DNA of 63,879 bases, counting the filler, from Myxococcota bacterium (lineage in GTDB: Bacteria > Myxococcota_C > UBA6777): the NCBI GenBank assembly GCA_023150835.1. It is 6 parts of 6 records of this genome, joined end to end, with 100 filler letters (N's around TTAATTAATTAA, not from the genome) between each part and the next. Parts side by side here need not be neighbours in the genome. Positions count along the whole stretch, not along the records: positions 57,040 to 63,879 come from JAKLKB010000205.1; 5 more parts are not named here. One strand, 5' to 3'. Every line of letters starts with the position of its first letter. The stretch's first letter is position 1. The position numbers and the translations under genes are program-made. Positions 58,837 through 63,879 of this stretch are shown here, one piece after another. The notes beneath the pieces were generated by a model. It had not been told where the DNA came from. It made no database searches and was given only the letters and a program-made list of their open reading frames with translations.

Positions 58837-60414
58837 TTACAAAACCGCCGACCATGCGAAGAGATGCGCTTGGCGGGGCTGCAAGAAGATGTACAAGCCT
58901 TCTTGGTCGAGGGTGTGCGGATCGCGAAGATAAGAGACCGCGTGAAGGGTATCTTCCAAGGCAAAGGGCGTGCGGTGGCCCCAAGAAGGAAGGAAGATCC
59001 GACCGCTGCGCGTGTGGGGTGTTGGATTGATCACGACCAAGCGGCGCTGTTCGTGGTGAGACCATAGCCACGCAAGCAGATCTTGATGGTGATCGCTGTT
59101 TGGAGCGGGTGGTTTAAGAGAGGTGAGGTGCCATCGTCCGTTTCGGTAGATCGGCGCGTTGAGCAACGAAAGAAGCTGATCATAAAAGGCGCTGACTTGG
59201 GGATTGGGCCGTTCGTCGGGTTCACGGCCAAGCTGGACAGGAAGATGCGTGCGCTTGCCTTCCCATTGGCCGTCATGAAAAAAGCGGATGCTGGGGAGTG
59301 TATAAGTGATCAACGCGGAAACTTGGGCGCGTGGTGGTGGGAACGCGGCTTGAGCGCGGGCTTCGTCGTGATTTTCTAAAAAGCGGATGGCGCGGGCGTG
59401 TTGTGTGATGGGTTGAGCAATCAGATCCGCTAAGCGCCCAGAATCCTCGTGCTTGAGAGCATCGAGCAAGTCTTTGTCGTACGTGGCGTCAAATCCGAGA
59501 TGTTGAAGCGTCGGCGCAAGGCCCCAATACACCTCCGCAAGAAACAAAAATCGCGGATGCTTTTTGCGGATCTCTGCGATCGCATCGCTCCAAAACTCCC
59601 GATGATTCGTCTGTTGTGTTTCGGTGTGGTGTGTTTCGGTGTGTTGTGGTTCGGTGTGGTGTGGTTCGGTGTGGTGTGGTTCGGTGTGTTGTGATCCTGT
59701 ATGTTGTGGTGGTCGGTGGGCCTTCCATGTTTGATCAAAGACCGATCGCAGGCATAGCATCGCCATATCGCAACGCACGCCGTCGCAAAGCTCGCTGATC
59801 GCGGAGAGTTCGGAGATCATGTGCTGTTGTGCGGCGGGTAGGCTGTAATCGATCTGTGCGGTGTCTTGCCAAGGCGCGAAGTATGGATCTCGCCCGTGTG
59901 CGATGATCTTCTCGGGTGTATGCGGGGGACGGTAGAATATCTCGGGGGATTGTTGGAGTTGGGCGGGGCTTCCTTGCAGGAAGATCGCGGGATGCTCTGC
60001 GATGATCGGCGAATGGGCGCTGAAATGATTTGGCACAAAGTCCAGCACCAAGCGCATCCTGCGTTGATGTAGTTGCGTACGCACAGCGGACAATGATGCG
60101 TTTCCACCGAGCTTTTCGGATACACGATAGCGCCCGACGGCGTAAGGCGAGCCGATCACGTCTTCGATCCGCCAATCAGGGAGTGCTGCACGATAGGCTT
60201 GTTGTAGATCCTCTGTCAGACAATACGCAGGGATGGTGCTTTCCACCGTTTCCCATACGCCCATCAGCCAGACGATATCGATCCCTTTGGAGGCGAGAGC
60301 GTCCCAGTACGCTGGGGGGATGTCGCGCAACGTAGCCCGCTGACTGGGTGTATCAAAACGGCGCAACCAAACACGGGTGTTGATTTGGTACAGGCTCGGA
60401 TAATGGGGAGACAT
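58837..60414 (-). CDS. Alpha-amylase family (GH13) glycosidase
   Basis: LDFVPNH, DGVRCDMA, FLAEVYW, FLENHDE; short (HTEPH) repeat insert. Confidence 0.92.
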   Translation of the reverse strand: MSPHYPSLYQINTRVWLRRFDTPSQRATLRDIPPAYWDALASKGIDIVWLMGVWETVESTIPAYCLTEDLQQAYRAALPDWRIEDVIGSPYAVGRYRVSEKLGGNASLSAVRTQLHQRRMRLVLDFVPNHFSAHSPIIAEHPAIFLQGSPAQLQQSPEIFYRPPHTPEKIIAHGRDPYFAPWQDTAQIDYSLPAAQQHMISELSAISELCDGVRCDMAMLCLRSVFDQTWKAHRPPQHTGSQHTEPHHTEPHHTEPQHTETHHTETQQTNHREFWSDAIAEIRKKHPRFLFLAEVYWGLAPTLQHLGFDATYDKDLLDALKHEDSGRLADLIAQPITQHARAIRFLENHDEARAQAAFPPPRAQVSALITYTLPSIRFFHDGQWEGKRTHLPVQLGREPDERPNPQVSAFYDQLLSLLNAPIYRNGRWHLTSLKPPAPNSDHHQDLLAWLWSHHEQRRLVVINPTPHTRSGRIFLPSWGHRTPFALEDTLHAVSYLRDPHTLDQEGLYIFLQPRQAHLFAWSAVL

Positions 60415-60423
60415 ACAAATACC

Positions 60424-60712
60424 CTTCAAAAGCAGAGGTGATCTCTTCAAAAGCAGAGATGATCTCTTCAAAAGCAGAGATGATCTCTTCAAAAGCAGAG
60501 ATGATCTCTTCAAAAGCAGAGATGATCTCTTCAAAAGCAGAGGTGATCTCTTCAAAAGCAGAGATGATCTCTTCAAAAGCAGAGGTGATCTCTTCAAAAG
60601 CAGAGATGATCTCTTCAAAAGCAGAGATGATCTCTTCAAAAGCAGAGGTGATCTCTTCAAAAGCAGAGGTGATCTCTTCAAAAGCAGAGATGATCTCTTC
60701 AAAAGCAGAGAT
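60424..60712. repeat. 21-bp tandem array, about 14 units (CTTCAAAAGCAGAG(A/G)TGATCT)
   Basis: Directly visible; ends 10 bp from the amylase start codon. Confidence 0.95.
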
Positions 60713-60714
60713 CG

Positions 60715-60957
60715 TACGATATCCGAGCGATGTACACAGCGAAGGGGAGTACGTAGACGCCCTATGGTTGGGCAGATACGGAGGCTGCCCCTGCGTTTTG
60801 GGATCACACAACGAGCGGATTTCGTATCGCTTCTGTTCGAATAGGACTTACGCAGTTGGATACGAAAAAGGCCCATGTTCGGGCGCGGGCGGTTCGCGAA
60901 CCGCCCCTACAACGTTCTGATATCTCAGGGTTTCCCTTTTCAACTGCGTCACTCCTA
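60715..60957. mobile_element. Adjacent family-A element (60715-60827) and family-C MITE (60842-60957)
   Basis: Same A+C pairing at 63542-63790; C copy carries the REP GGGCGGTTCGCGAACCGCCCCTAC. Confidence 0.75.
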
Positions 60958-60964
60958 TTCGAAG

Positions 60965-63417
<2,453 letters not shown>

Positions 63418-63541
63418 GTCGGGCTGCATTGTAGGGAGATCGCCTCGAAGTGTAAAGAGTGATCTTTTCGCCAGCACGAGGTCACGGGAGCCGAGCTAAG
63501 GGCGCGGAGGTAGAACCCCACAACATCCACCCCACCGCGTA

Positions 63542-63790
63542 ATACGATATCCGAGAGAAGTACACAAAGGGTTGATGCGATCCGTTGTAAACGCCCTGTG
63601 GTTGGGCAGCCACAGGGAGCTACCTCTACATTTCGGCGCACACAACAGGCGGATTTCGTATCCGTCTTCACTGATAGGACTTACGCAGTTCGATACGAAA
63701 AAGGCCCATGTTCGGGCGCGGGCGGTTCGCGAACCGCCCCTACAACGCGTTGATTCTTCACGCTTTCCCTTTTCAACTGCGTAACTCCTA
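63542..63790. mobile_element. Family-A element plus family-C MITE
   Basis: TAGGACTTACGCAGTT...CAACTGCGTAACTCCTA inverted ends. Confidence 0.75.
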
Positions 63791-63879
63791 ACTGATTGAC
63801 AAAAAGAAAGGCAGTCGCTATCGAAGACCGATTTCAGATCATATCGAACTTACGCAGTTGCCCAAAAAAACCCGTGTTC

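Noticed and set aside
60424-60712. Possible CRISPR array (also 20668-20826, 27964-28143, 56741-56939)
   Set aside because: Head-to-tail repeats with no unique spacers and no cas genes
60415-60876. 154-aa N-terminal extension of the amylase
   Set aside because: Made of tandem and REP repeats; family similarity starts at MSPHYP

Overview
The window is six assembly contigs joined by artificial N/TTAATTAATTAA linkers (about 1-20050, 20151-29614, 29715-38980, 39081-48100, 48201-56939, 57040-63879), so neighbourhood across linkers means nothing. It looks like a fragmented Gram-negative genome or MAG; Myxococcota-like is an inference from Tol-Pal, Cys-rich lipoproteins and Pro-rich linkers. Housekeeping genes include a YfhO/GT2 glycosylation pair, a PPTase, a deoC-ALDH operon, groES-like, mutT-like, ccmB, tolA/tonB-tolB-tolB-pal, cysD-cysN(C), nhaA, an alpha-amylase and thiC. 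Intergenic DNA is crowded with nested REP/MITE-like repeats and short tandem arrays. Main findings: (1) an OMEGA (IS200/IS605 IscB) element with an apparently complete omega-RNA and both ends, whose IscB has lost RuvC-I/bridge helix/RuvC-II/HNH by an in-frame deletion, plus a second omega-RNA copy with a different guide; (2) directly downstream, an operon encoding an ODP-type di-iron protein, a small protein and a soluble poly-HAMP adenylate cyclase fused to hemerythrin (candidate O2-to-cAMP circuit); (3) a thiC TPP riboswitch of about twice normal size with an 82-nt structured insert at the J4/5 junction; (4) an IS4-family element and derived MITEs that join GC-rich REP hairpins; (5) unusual protein architectures (OB-fold-repeat lipoprotein with no nuclease domain, MFS transporter with an inserted PDZ-like domain, YARHG-YARHG-NlpC/P60). 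No CRISPR array, tRNA or rRNA was recognised. All family assignments are by motif recognition only; no searches were run.
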